Source of the DNA: an uncultured Desulfobacteraceae bacterium
GTDB taxonomy: Bacteria > Desulfobacterota > DSM-4660 > Desulfatiglandales > Desulfatiglandaceae
DNA length: 30,960 nucleotides
Assembly: GCA_964620335.1 (NCBI GenBank)
Contig: CAZUHR010000001.1
Coordinates: forward strand, 1 to 30,960
Direction: 5' to 3'
In this document: positions 1 to 9,469 of the stretch, in pieces
How positions within the stretch are numbered: the first letter of the stretch is position 1
Layout: each line of letters starts with the position of its first letter
The notes under the pieces: generated by a model
Told to the model about the DNA's origin: nothing
The model's database searches: none
Seen by the model: the letters and a program-made list of their open reading frames with translations, nothing else
Position numbers and translations under genes: made by a program

Positions 1-350
1 ATGTGGTTATTCTGGATATTATGGGGGTAAATGGTTTTGACCTTTTGAAAACCTCCGTCTCCAGGGGATTTCCAACAGTCATGTTCACGGCCCATGCCCT
101 CTCACCCGAATCATTGAAAAATTCTATAAAATTAGGCGCTGTTTCTTTCCTGCCCAAGGAAAAGATTTCGGAACTCAGGTCACACCTTGAAGATGTGGTT
201 TTGGGCGGTGGCGAATCTGTCTGGCAAAAACTCTTTGACAGGATGGGCAGCTATTTTAATAAGAAATTCGGTCCGGATTGGAAGGAAAAAGACCAGTTTT
301 TTAAGCAATTTGAAGAAGAATTAAGAGCGAGCCAGGAAAATCCGGCATAA
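1..350 (+). CDS. Response regulator receiver-domain protein (5'-truncated by window edge)
   Basis: Frame open from the window start; VVILDIMGVNGFDLL (phospho-acceptor Asp strand), FTAHA, GAVSFLPK receiver motifs; short helical C-terminal tail. Confidence 0.8.
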   Translation, partial: VVILDIMGVNGFDLLKTSVSRGFPTVMFTAHALSPESLKNSIKLGAVSFLPKEKISELRSHLEDVVLGGGESVWQKLFDRMGSYFNKKFGPDWKEKDQFFKQFEEELRASQENPA

Positions 351-366
351 TAATCCAAGACTGTAA

Positions 367-471
367 GATCCGAAAATCGCTTTCGCCTACCTCTTTTTAG
401 CCTCGGACGAAGCCAGCTTTATCTCGGGAGCGGTTCTGCGCGTTGACGGGGGAATTGTGGTCGGGACATAG
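367..471 (+). pseudogene. 3'-terminal remnant of a short-chain dehydrogenase/reductase (FabG-like)
   Basis: Manual translation of 367-471 gives DPKIAFAYLFLASDEASFISGAVLRVDGGIVVGT*, the classic SDR C-terminus (LASDEASFISG..LRVDGG). In-frame stop at 364-366 and no start codon. Confidence 0.8.
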
Positions 472-493
472 TACCATGCGGAAGTTTCAGTAA

Positions 494-1186
494 CTACGTG
501 TGCCGGTTTTTTGCATGATCAGGGTTGATTGAGTTCTTCCTATGCCGGGAAATCTTTCCTTCAATCATATAGATTACATCTTCTGCGATGTTGGTGGCGT
601 GGTCCGCTATTCGTTCGAGGTGCCTGGAGATTAAAAAGAGATTGATCAAGTATCCAGTATTGTCAGGTTCGCGATTAATAGCCTCTTTTATTTTATCATA
701 AATGCTGTGATGTATTTCATCCACTTCGTCATCCAGCAAACATATTTTGTATGCAAGATCAACATCAAGGTTCACAATTGCATCAAGGCTGCCCTTGAGC
801 ATGGCTTCGGTTTTTTCAGCCATAATAGTGAAATCAAACGGGACTTTTACAGGAGGACGCTTTGAAATATTCTCAACACGTTCTGCAATGTTTACGGCCT
901 CATCACCAATACGCTCAAGATCATTGTTGATCTTGATAATAGCACTGATGAATCGCAAGTCCACGGCAACAGGCTGGTACAAGGCCAGGATCTTCAGGCA
1001 TTCCTCTTCCATCTCTACCTCAAGCGCATCAACTTCACGGTCAGCAGCTATAATTTTTTTTGCCAGATCTCCATCCCTTTTCTCATGAGCTTCAATAGCC
1101 ATTCTCACCCGTTCCTCTACCATAGCGCCCAGTGAAAGTATCTTTTTTTTCAGTTTATCTATCTCTCTCTGCAAATGCCATTTCAT
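494..1186 (-). CDS. phoU: Phosphate signalling complex protein PhoU
   Basis: Two PhoU repeats (DREVDALE...DLERIGDEAVNIAE; DDEVD...LERIADHATNIAEDVIY); directly downstream of pstB. Confidence 0.97.
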   Translation of the reverse strand: MKWHLQREIDKLKKKILSLGAMVEERVRMAIEAHEKRDGDLAKKIIAADREVDALEVEMEEECLKILALYQPVAVDLRFISAIIKINNDLERIGDEAVNIAERVENISKRPPVKVPFDFTIMAEKTEAMLKGSLDAIVNLDVDLAYKICLLDDEVDEIHHSIYDKIKEAINREPDNTGYLINLFLISRHLERIADHATNIAEDVIYMIEGKISRHRKNSINPDHAKNRHT

Positions 1187-1214
1187 AATTCATCCCTCAC
1201 TGTGGGTATTGATT

Positions 1215-1985
1215 TTAACCGAAACGTCCGGTGATATAATCGGATGTCTGGGTAAATTTGGGGCGAGTAAAAATCGTCTCGGCCTTATCTGTCTCAATGA
1301 GCTTGCCCAGGTAAAAAAAGCCTGTGATGTCTGAAACTCGCGCCGCTTGCTGCATGTTATGCGTTACAATAATAATAGTATAGGTCTTTTTCAATTGATG
1401 GATTAGTTCTTCGATCTTTTGAGTGGCTATAGGATCGAGAGCCGAGCAAGGCTCATCCATCAGTAGGATTTCAGGTTCCACAGCCATCGCCCGGGCGATA
1501 CAGAGGCGCTGCTGCTGCCCTCCTGACAGGCCAAGGGCTGAATCGTGAAGCCTGTCCTTCACTTCTTCCCAAAGGGCGGCCTGCCGTAGGGTCTTTTCAA
1601 CCCGTTCCGAAATAAAGGCCTTATCATTGATGCCGTTGACGCGCAATCCGTATGCCACATTTTCAAAGACAGTCTTGGGAAAGGGGTTTGGTTTTTGAAA
1701 TACCATGCCTACACGACGTCGAAGAGCAACCACATCAACATTGGGGTCATATATGTCATGACCATCCAAAATAATATTACCCTCCACGCGAATATTTGGG
1801 ATCAGATCATTCATACGGTTCAGGCACCGCAGCAATGTGCTTTTTCCACATCCCGATGGACCGATAAGGGCCGTCACCTGATTTTCATAAAAATCAAGGG
1901 AGATATCAATCAAGGCATGAAAATCACCATAATAGAAATCCAAATCCTTTGCTGTCATCTTTATTAAATCATCCATCCTATACAA
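1215..1985 (-). CDS. pstB: Phosphate ABC transporter ATP-binding protein
   Basis: Walker [32 protein letters not shown] signature, [25 protein letters not shown]. Confidence 0.98.
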   Translation of the reverse strand: MYRMDDLIKMTAKDLDFYYGDFHALIDISLDFYENQVTALIGPSGCGKSTLLRCLNRMNDLIPNIRVEGNIILDGHDIYDPNVDVVALRRRVGMVFQKPNPFPKTVFENVAYGLRVNGINDKAFISERVEKTLRQAALWEEVKDRLHDSALGLSGGQQQRLCIARAMAVEPEILLMDEPCSALDPIATQKIEELIHQLKKTYTIIIVTHNMQQAARVSDITGFFYLGKLIETDKAETIFTRPKFTQTSDYITGRFG

Positions 1986-1989
1986 CCTT

Positions 1990-2949
1990 TTAATGCATTT
2001 TCCTTCTTAGATGAGCCCTGTAGATTATAGCAATAAGGTTCAGTCCTAAAACAAGAACAATCAGCACAAGGGCTGTTCCATATTGGAGGTGCCGTGTTGC
2101 TTCTATCTCCGTTCCTGCTGTTGCAAGGACGTAAATGTGATACGGAAGCGCCATAATCTCATCGAAAATGGAAGACGGCATTGCGGGCGTAAAGAAGACT
2201 GCGGCAGTAAACATTATGGGAGCGGTTTCTCCTGCTGCCCGACTAATGCCCAGAATAGCACCGGTAAGAATACCTGGCAGGGCAGTCGGCAAGACCACCT
2301 TGTAAATCGTTTGCCACCTGGTCGCTCCAAGGCCGAGGGATGCTTCGCGGTATGTGTCTGGAACACCTCTGAGAGCCTCTTCGGAGGCTCCGATAATCAC
2401 AGGTAAGGTCATTGCGCCAAGGGTCAGCGCCCCGGATAAAATGCTAACCCCAAACTGTAGCCAGACAACGAAAAAGGCAAGACCAAACAGGCCGAAGACT
2501 ATGGAGGGAACCCCTGCGAGGTTATTGATCCCAAGACGAATGATCCGCAAAATCCGTCCTGGCTTTGCATATTCATTAAGATATATGGCAGATGCAACTC
2601 CTATAGGAAGGGCAACCAGAATGGCACCCAGGCTGAGGCATAGGGTCCCAACAATGCAGGGAAAGATACCGCCTTTTGTCATGGAGTCCATGGGCGGCTG
2701 TGTCAGAAATGTCCAGTTAATGGCCCGCCATCCCCTTACAACGAGAAAATAGATAATAATAAGCAGTGCAATGCCATTAATTGCTGCGGAGAGTCTGAAA
2801 AGAAAAAACATAAACCGCTGAAAAATTTTACGCCGACTCAGGAGACCTGGCTTTGCCTGTGAGACAGCTGTTTTTTCCCCCTGAACCTTCTCCGATTTAG
2901 GGAAAAGCCCGGAATTAAGACCCATATAAGATGTATTTGATTCGTTCAT
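1990..2949 (-). CDS. pstA: Phosphate ABC transporter permease PstA
   Basis: [30 protein letters not shown] loop, [10 protein letters not shown]; operon context. Confidence 0.96.
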   Translation of the reverse strand: MNESNTSYMGLNSGLFPKSEKVQGEKTAVSQAKPGLLSRRKIFQRFMFFLFRLSAAINGIALLIIIYFLVVRGWRAINWTFLTQPPMDSMTKGGIFPCIVGTLCLSLGAILVALPIGVASAIYLNEYAKPGRILRIIRLGINNLAGVPSIVFGLFGLAFFVVWLQFGVSILSGALTLGAMTLPVIIGASEEALRGVPDTYREASLGLGATRWQTIYKVVLPTALPGILTGAILGISRAAGETAPIMFTAAVFFTPAMPSSIFDEIMALPYHIYVLATAGTEIEATRHLQYGTALVLIVLVLGLNLIAIIYRAHLRRKMH

Positions 2950-2975
2950 AACGCAGTCCGCATTCCTATTGATCC

Positions 2976-3887
2976 TCAGAGGGTTGCTGCTCCTACCTGC
3001 CTGTATTTGTGCGCAATGTGATCTGCTATCATGTTAAATAACAGGGTAAAGGCAAATAGGACGATACCCGTTGCAAAGAGCGCATAATAATGGTCTCCCC
3101 GAAAAGGGGCCTCTGCCATTTCTGCAGCTATACTGGCAGGCATTGGCCTTACCGGATCAAATAGCGAAGAAGGTAACATTGTCGCGCCACCGGCCACCAT
3201 AAGTACGACCATGGTCTCCCCGATAGCCCTTGACATTCCCAAAATAGTAGCCGTTGAGATGCCGGAAATGGATGCGGGAATAATGACTCGCCATATGGTT
3301 TCCCAGTGGGTTGCACCCAGAGCGAGAGAGGCCTCTTTGAGCTCTGTGGGCACATTAAAGATGGCATCCTCAGAGATGCTGCAAATAGTTGGTATGGACA
3401 TGAAAGCCAACATCAACGAAGCATTAAAAAGATTCAGTCCTGTAGGTATGTCAAGAATCTCTTGAAGGAATGGCGCCACAATCACCATGCCGAAGAATCC
3501 GATAACCACGGAAGGAAGTGCCGCCAGAAGCTCTACAACCGGTTTAACCAATTCCCTAAGCCTATAAGATGCAACCTCTGCGAGATAGAGGGCGGTCAAT
3601 ACTCCCAGAGGAATAGAAATAACAGAAGCCACGGCGGTCACTGATAGGGATGCTATGATCAGCGGGAAAATGCCGAAATCAGGAGGATCATCTGTGGGGT
3701 ACCAGAATTGGCCAAAGATAAAATCCTTAAAAGAAACTTTGCCGAAGATTGGAAGACCTTCTACAAAAAGAAAGAGAACAATCAGCGTGAGGGTTGTTAT
3801 GGAAGCCAGTGCGACACAGAAAAAAAAGATGCGGATAGCCTTTTCTTTTCTCTGACGCCCCTTTCCTCCTTGATGGCTCTTTATCAT
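2976..3887 (-). CDS. pstC: Phosphate ABC transporter permease PstC
   Basis: ELLAALPSVVIGFFG, KEASLALGATHWETI, SRAIGETMVVLMVAG; operon context. Confidence 0.96.
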   Translation of the reverse strand: MIKSHQGGKGRQRKEKAIRIFFFCVALASITTLTLIVLFLFVEGLPIFGKVSFKDFIFGQFWYPTDDPPDFGIFPLIIASLSVTAVASVISIPLGVLTALYLAEVASYRLRELVKPVVELLAALPSVVIGFFGMVIVAPFLQEILDIPTGLNLFNASLMLAFMSIPTICSISEDAIFNVPTELKEASLALGATHWETIWRVIIPASISGISTATILGMSRAIGETMVVLMVAGGATMLPSSLFDPVRPMPASIAAEMAEAPFRGDHYYALFATGIVLFAFTLLFNMIADHIAHKYRQVGAATL

Positions 3888-3925
3888 TCAGTTTTTCAAA
3901 AAAAATTTGAATTCATAAAACTATA

Positions 3926-4020
3926 GACAAACACAGACTTTTTTTCGGGCATCCCGGACGGAAAGAAGGATCTGCATTTAACAAGACAAGCTGACCGAAC
4001 AAAAAGCCCGTGTGTTTGTC
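3926..4020. repeat. Imperfect inverted repeat (stem-loop) between pstS and pstC
   Basis: gacaaacaca-gactttttttcgg (3926-3948) pairs with ccgaacaaaaagcccg-tgtgtttgtc (3995-4020); outer 10 bp perfect. Confidence 0.55.
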
Positions 4021-4047
4021 CGTGGCTAATTAGTCTGAAAATATACC

Positions 4048-4866
4048 TTAGTATAGGGGCACATACCCTGCATCTGCCACATATTTTTGACCCTTTTTGG
4101 GATGCAAAACAAAAGTGATAAACTTAACTGTATCTCCCTTTGGCCAGCCGGCTGTAAACATATACAGAGGTCTGCTTATCGGGTATGTCCCGTTCAGGGT
4201 TGTCTCTTCTGATCCCACGATCTTGTCTACCGACAAGGCCTTCACGCATGAATCGAGATATCCAATGCCTATGTAACCAATAGCATTCTTATTTTTCGAA
4301 ACAACCTGCACAACGGCCCCGTTTGAAGCCTGAAGGAGTGCGCCGGGATAGACCCTTTCTTTTTTCATCACCTTCTCGTGCCAGACTTCATAGGTTCCGG
4401 ACGAGGTATCCCTTGAGACAACAACGATTTCCCTGTCAGGTCCTCCTACATCTTTCCAGTTTTTGATTTCTCCCTTATACATAGCCTTAAGCTGGTCCAT
4501 GTTGAGGTTTAATGCAAAATTGCTGGGATGCACTACCGGCACTATACTGTCGTATGCCACGGCAAACGGCACCGGATATCTTCCATTTTCCACGGCCAGC
4601 TTTACTTCCTTTTGCTTGATAAATCGGGAGCTGTCTGCGATATCAGTCGAACCATCAATTAGTGCCTTAATACCATTACCCGAGCCGCCACCCGAAATGG
4701 ATATCTTCACATCAGGATGTTCTTTCATGTATACTTCCGCCACTTTCTGTGCAATTGGAAGAACCGTAGTGGAACCCTTGATAACAATATTTCCTGCCAA
4801 AACTAAATTTGTCGAAAAACCAACCATTACCGCCATAATCATTATCACAAAAATCTTTTTCTTCAT
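4048..4866 (-). CDS. pstS: Phosphate ABC transporter substrate-binding protein PstS
   Basis: Signal peptide; KGSTTVLP, GGGSGNGIKAL, SRDTSSGTYE, YPISRPLYM phosphate-binding-protein motifs. Confidence 0.97.
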   Translation of the reverse strand: MKKKIFVIMIMAVMVGFSTNLVLAGNIVIKGSTTVLPIAQKVAEVYMKEHPDVKISISGGGSGNGIKALIDGSTDIADSSRFIKQKEVKLAVENGRYPVPFAVAYDSIVPVVHPSNFALNLNMDQLKAMYKGEIKNWKDVGGPDREIVVVSRDTSSGTYEVWHEKVMKKERVYPGALLQASNGAVVQVVSKNKNAIGYIGIGYLDSCVKALSVDKIVGSEETTLNGTYPISRPLYMFTAGWPKGDTVKFITFVLHPKKGQKYVADAGYVPLY

Positions 4867-4980
4867 TACTGAATACTCCTCCTGTTTCTCAAAAATAATT
4901 ATTGATTCAAATGGTTACTGTTTTGCCACAATCAATCTCCTAGCGAACAATTAAAACCAGGCAAAAATTAATCCTGAATT

Positions 4981-5020
4981 GTTAGCGATTTATTAGAGAT
5001 AGATTAGAATTGAATGAGAA
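4981..5020 (-). promoter_or_regulatory. Pho-box-like array of four direct repeats with 11-bp period upstream of pstS
   Basis: Minus strand reads TTCTCAT-tcaa-TTCTAAT-ctat-CTCTAAT-aaat-CGCTAAC: 7-mer plus 4-bp spacer, like the E. coli CTGTCAT Pho box. Confidence 0.65.
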
Positions 5021-5048
5021 ATGAAATCTTTTGCTCTTCCGATAAAAA

Positions 5049-5187
5049 GGCAGGTAAATTGTAAAGACACTTCCTTGACCTGGCGTGCTCTCAACCGATA
5101 CCCGGCCTCTGTGTGCCTGGACAATATACTTGACAATGGCAGGGCCCGGACCTGTGCCGCCTAATTTGCGGCTTCTCGCCTTGTCCA
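5049..5187 (-). pseudogene. Degenerate second copy of the phoR 3' end (HATPase G2 box to C-terminus)
   Basis: 139 bp aligning without gaps to 7701-7839 (15 mismatches by hand count). Encodes [46 protein letters not shown], with GLGL changed to GPGP. No upstream kinase domains. Confidence 0.9.
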
Positions 5188-5420
5188 TTCGGCAGTAAAA
5201 TCACCTAGGCAATCACCATATACTTCGTGAAAATCCTGGTACTTCATTACCTGATCAGCCAAGCTCTTCACATTTGCAATTAAATTTGCAATATGTCAAA
5301 ATACTGATGTTAAATATAATTTCACTCCTCAAAAAAGCGAGGAAACCAGAGGTGTTAGACACAACTAAATTCATTTAAAGTCGTGAAATTTGATTTCTAA
5401 TATAGCTCGGAGGGGAATTT

Positions 5421-6185
5421 ATGGGGTTACGAATAAAAATTTTATCTGGATTTCTGATCTTAACTGCGATGTTATTTATCGCAGGGGTATGGTCAATATA
5501 TGAATTGAGCTCTATAGGAATATCTGTTCAAAGGCTCCTGGATGATAATTATAAAAGCATTAATGCTGCAAAAACCATGATCGAAGCCCTTGAAAGAGAA
5601 GATAGTGCTGTATTGCTGCTCCTTTCCGGTAAATGGGAACAGGGCAGGTCGATAATGGAGTCTGCAGATAGTTTTTTTCAAAAAGGATTCGAAGTCGCAA
5701 AAAATAATATAACGATACCTGGAGAACAAGAGTATGTTAACGATATAGAATCAAATTATAAAACCTACAAGGCTTTGTGGATAAAACCAGTTGTTGGCAC
5801 TAAGAGTGAAGGAAATTTAAGCTGGTATTTTCAAAAAGTACATCGGGCATTTCTTGATGCAAAAATTTCTGTTGAAAAACTTATGACCCTTAATGACGAA
5901 ACCATGTATCGGACGGCATCAGATTTGAAAAATAGGGCGCATAGAGCAATAATGCCAGGAATTGTGGCCATTTTATCCGCACTCATTTTCACCGTAATTT
6001 TCAACTATCTTATCAATTATTATATGGTAAGCCCTATAATCAAAATAACAGAAGGGATTCAGAAGTTTATAAAAGGCAGGGAACCATTTGATGTTAAAGT
6101 TGAAACTCAAGATGAATTGTATCACCTAGTCTCTGCAATTCAAGAATTGTGTGCACGGTCACGATCTTCTGAGGCAGCAGAATGA
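5421..6185 (+). CDS. Membrane sensor-like protein: TM, periplasmic four-helix bundle, TM, HAMP; no output domain
   Basis: N-terminal TM (ILSGFLILTAMLFIAGVWSI), helical periplasmic region, second TM, HAMP-like SPIIKITEGIQKFIKG...DELYHLVSAIQEL; RBS ggagg upstream; ATGA overlap with trkH. Confidence 0.75.
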   Translation: MGLRIKILSGFLILTAMLFIAGVWSIYELSSIGISVQRLLDDNYKSINAAKTMIEALEREDSAVLLLLSGKWEQGRSIMESADSFFQKGFEVAKNNITIPGEQEYVNDIESNYKTYKALWIKPVVGTKSEGNLSWYFQKVHRAFLDAKISVEKLMTLNDETMYRTASDLKNRAHRAIMPGIVAILSALIFTVIFNYLINYYMVSPIIKITEGIQKFIKGREPFDVKVETQDELYHLVSAIQELCARSRSSEAAE

Positions 6186-7621
6186 GACTTCATATTATTC
6201 TCAGATATGCCGCATTTGTTCTACTGTTCAATGCAATTTTTTTTCTTATCTCTGCCGCTATTTCTACGCTCAATGCAGATTCTGCGTTTTTCCCTCTTCT
6301 TTATAGTGCCATAATCTCTGCTCTTTTTGGGATCTTCCCCCTAATTTTTGTTCCCTCGACCACGAAAATCACTAATAAAGAAGGGTTTATTATAGTAGTA
6401 TTCGGCTGGCTTTTATCATGTCTGGTTGGCGCCATTCCATATGTTCTCTATGGTGGAGAATTTACATTTACAAATGCCTGGTTTGAAAGTGTATCAGGCT
6501 TCACCACTACCGGCTCATCCATCCTTAGAAATATAGAGAATCTCCCCCTAGGATTGTTATTCTGGCGATCGGTAACTCACTGGATCGGTGGTGTGGGTAT
6601 TATCATATTTGTACTCTCGGTCTTGCCATCTATGGGATCGGCTGGAATGATTTTATATCGAACCGAAATGTCTCATCTTGCTATGGACAATTTCCATTAC
6701 CGAACGCGGAAGACCTTGCAAATATTAATAGTCATATATGTCGGTCTAACATTAGCTGAAACAATTTCACTGCTACTTTGTGGAATGAATTTGTTTGATT
6801 CTGTTACACACTCTTTTGCAACCATAGCTACCGGAGGTTTTTCACCTAAGAACTTGAGTATTGCTTATTATAAAAGCGCTTATGTCGAGCTCGTAATCAT
6901 GATTTTCATGGTCCTCTCAGGGATACACTTCGGCATTCTGTTTGCTTGCATTGCCGGAAATTTTGATGGTATCTGGAAATCATCAATTGTAAGGTATTAT
7001 ATTTTAGCGCTTATAACAGGGATTATAATAACAACGCTCAATCTTCATGGAAATCAATTTCAGAGCTGGACAGAAGCTTTACGCTACGCCGCATTTCAGA
7101 TCATTTCCGTGGGAACTTCAACTGGGTTTGCCACTACAAACACATCCCTATGGCCATCATTTTCACAATTAGTAATTATATTTTTCACTTTGCAATGCGC
7201 ATGTGCAGGTTCTACCTCTGGAGGTATCAAAGTTGATAGAATAGTAATTTTCTGGAAATCTATTACGAAAAGGATTAGGCAAATACAACATCCCAATGCG
7301 GTAATTATAATGAAAGTCAATAAAATGCCGGTCGATAATGACGTGGTTGAAATGGGCATTGTATATATTTGTCTTTATCTCGGTATTGTCTTTATTTCCA
7401 CCCTCTTACTAACCGCTCTGGGTGTAGACGGCCTTTCCGCCTTTTCGGGATCTGCTACCACCATGGGGAATGTAGGTCCGGGCTTTGGAATGGTTGGTTC
7501 CATGAGCAATTTCAGTCAAATTCCGTGTATTGGAAAATGGATTCTAACTGCCGATATGCTCCTTGGACGACTTGAAATATTCGGCTTGATTATATTTTTT
7601 CTGTCAAAATCATGGAAATAA
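6182..7621 (+). CDS. trkH: Trk-type potassium uptake membrane protein TrkH
   Basis: Four pore-loop motifs: FESVSGFTTTGSS, ATIATGGFS, SVGTSTGF, TMGNVGPGFG; also GSTSGGIKVDR and MLLGRLEI. Confidence 0.95.
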   Translation: MRLHIILRYAAFVLLFNAIFFLISAAISTLNADSAFFPLLYSAIISALFGIFPLIFVPSTTKITNKEGFIIVVFGWLLSCLVGAIPYVLYGGEFTFTNAWFESVSGFTTTGSSILRNIENLPLGLLFWRSVTHWIGGVGIIIFVLSVLPSMGSAGMILYRTEMSHLAMDNFHYRTRKTLQILIVIYVGLTLAETISLLLCGMNLFDSVTHSFATIATGGFSPKNLSIAYYKSAYVELVIMIFMVLSGIHFGILFACIAGNFDGIWKSSIVRYYILALITGIIITTLNLHGNQFQSWTEALRYAAFQIISVGTSTGFATTNTSLWPSFSQLVIIFFTLQCACAGSTSGGIKVDRIVIFWKSITKRIRQIQHPNAVIIMKVNKMPVDNDVVEMGIVYICLYLGIVFISTLLLTALGVDGLSAFSGSATTMGNVGPGFGMVGSMSNFSQIPCIGKWILTADMLLGRLEIFGLIIFFLSKSWK

Positions 7622-7690
7622 CTGCCAAGCGTTATTTACAATCCGGCTTAAAGATAAAGGCCGCTCAGAGCAAATTCTGATTATCACAAC

Positions 7691-9466
7691 CTAATCTTTT
7701 GGCAGGTAAATTGTAAAGACGCTTCCCTCCCCCGGCGTGCTATCAACCGAGACCCGGCCCCTGTGCGCTTGGACAATATGTTTGACAATGGCAAGGCCCA
7801 GACCTGTTCCGCCTAATTTGCGGCTTCTCGCCTTGTCCACACGGTAAAAGCGCTCAAAAAGGCGAGAAAGGTGCTCTTTGTCTATACCGCAGCCCTGGTC
7901 GCGGACAGAGATAATGGTTTCATCATCTGTCTGTTCAGCCTTTATCTGGATAGCACTGCCGTCGTTACTGTATTTGATGGCATTATCCAGGAGATTTACC
8001 ACGGCCTGTTCAAGGAGTGGGTGATTAATTTCTGCCACAATGTCTTCATTGCCCGACAATTCAAGATTGATCCGTTTGGAAGCAGCTTTCACCTCACAGA
8101 GCTGGATCGCAGTCTGGAGTACATCCTTAACACGACCCACAGCAAGTCCGACTTCTTCTTTTTCAGCCTTTTCCTCAATTCTGGAAAGACTCAGAAGATC
8201 TTCAATAATAGTATTAAGCCGATTCACATGCTTCATTATAATTGCCAGGAACCGCTCTGTATCCTTGGGATCCTTTATCGAGCCTGCACGAAGGGTTTCC
8301 ACAAATCCACTAATTGCCGTAATAGGTGTCTTTATTTCATGGGAGACGTTGGCGACGAATTCGCGACGGATATTTTCAAGTTTGCGGAGGCGTGTCACAT
8401 CATTTAATACAATGAGTGCGCCGATATGATTACCCTCAGCGTCATGGAGGACCGTACCATGCCCATTCAAAATCCTTTGTCCATCAGAGCGTAGTGCAAT
8501 ATCTCCTTCGAAGGCATTCTGGCTTGATAATGCGTTTGCTACAAATCGCAGTAAAGCGGTATTTCTTGCCACCTCCTGAATACTCCGGCCCTGTGCCTCA
8601 GAAGGACTGGTTTTTAACATTTGTGCAGCGGCATTATTCATGTTGATTATACGCTCATCCATATCTACGGCAATAACCCCTTCAACCATACTTGAAAGAA
8701 CGGCTTTAAACTCGTTACGCTGCTTCACGACCGCCTTTATCCGGTCATCAAGCTGGGCCGCCATCTGGTTCATCGCTTCTGCGAGACCCTTCATCTCTTC
8801 GGAATCGGGAACCGAAAGCCTGTATTCCAGGTCACCACGTGCAAAATGCTCTGAACCCTGTCTCATCTCCTCTAATGGACGACTGATCCGGCGAGAGATC
8901 AGCAGGCAGAGAATCGCGGCAAATAGCGATATGATCAGGCCTCCAACAGCGATCTTGATCTGAATGTCCTTTAAAGCATTATCAATTGCAGTGACTGGTA
9001 TGGATGTGCGGATAATAGCAATCGTTTGTGCGCCTTTTCTGGCTGGTATCGCCGTATACATCATGTTCTTTTCAAGGGTCCGGCTGTACCTTGTTGACAT
9101 TCCTAAGCGTCCGGTTAAGGCCTGTAAAATCTCAGGGCGGTCCGCATGACTATCCATACCAGCAGGAACGCCTTCGGAATCACCGATGACTTTGCCTGAA
9201 GGCAGTATCACTGTAATGCGAGTGGAGGAGCGTATGCCTATGTTTTTGCACAATTGATCAATATGGTCTATATCAGGAGGATCAAGGTGTTCCAGTATTT
9301 GTTGTTCAAAAAGAAGGGCCCTTGCTTCGAGACCTGCCGCGGTTTGTTCAAGAAAGAAATGTCTCAAGGATTTCGATGCATACCATGTGACGGCTACAAG
9401 AGATACGATTATGATCAGCAGATAGGAAGGATAGAGTTGCCAGAGCAACCGTTTTTTTCTTGCCAT
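7691..9466 (-). CDS. phoR: Phosphate regulon sensor histidine kinase (TM, periplasmic domain, HAMP, PAS, HisKA, HATPase)
   Basis: H-box [17 protein letters not shown]-box [11 protein letters not shown]1 [20 protein letters not shown]2 [12 protein letters not shown]; 3 bp downstream of phoB. Confidence 0.93.
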   Translation of the reverse strand: MARKKRLLWQLYPSYLLIIIVSLVAVTWYASKSLRHFFLEQTAAGLEARALLFEQQILEHLDPPDIDHIDQLCKNIGIRSSTRITVILPSGKVIGDSEGVPAGMDSHADRPEILQALTGRLGMSTRYSRTLEKNMMYTAIPARKGAQTIAIIRTSIPVTAIDNALKDIQIKIAVGGLIISLFAAILCLLISRRISRPLEEMRQGSEHFARGDLEYRLSVPDSEEMKGLAEAMNQMAAQLDDRIKAVVKQRNEFKAVLSSMVEGVIAVDMDERIINMNNAAAQMLKTSPSEAQGRSIQEVARNTALLRFVANALSSQNAFEGDIALRSDGQRILNGHGTVLHDAEGNHIGALIVLNDVTRLRKLENIRREFVANVSHEIKTPITAISGFVETLRAGSIKDPKDTERFLAIIMKHVNRLNTIIEDLLSLSRIEEKAEKEEVGLAVGRVKDVLQTAIQLCEVKAASKRINLELSGNEDIVAEINHPLLEQAVVNLLDNAIKYSNDGSAIQIKAEQTDDETIISVRDQGCGIDKEHLSRLFERFYRVDKARSRKLGGTGLGLAIVKHIVQAHRGRVSVDSTPGEGSVFTIYLPKD

Positions 9467-9469
9467 GCG

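Noticed and set aside
4982-5188. 68-aa ORF as a functional small gene
   Set aside because: It is the phoR stub with a broken G2 box reading through into the pstS promoter repeats; treated as a pseudogene fragment.
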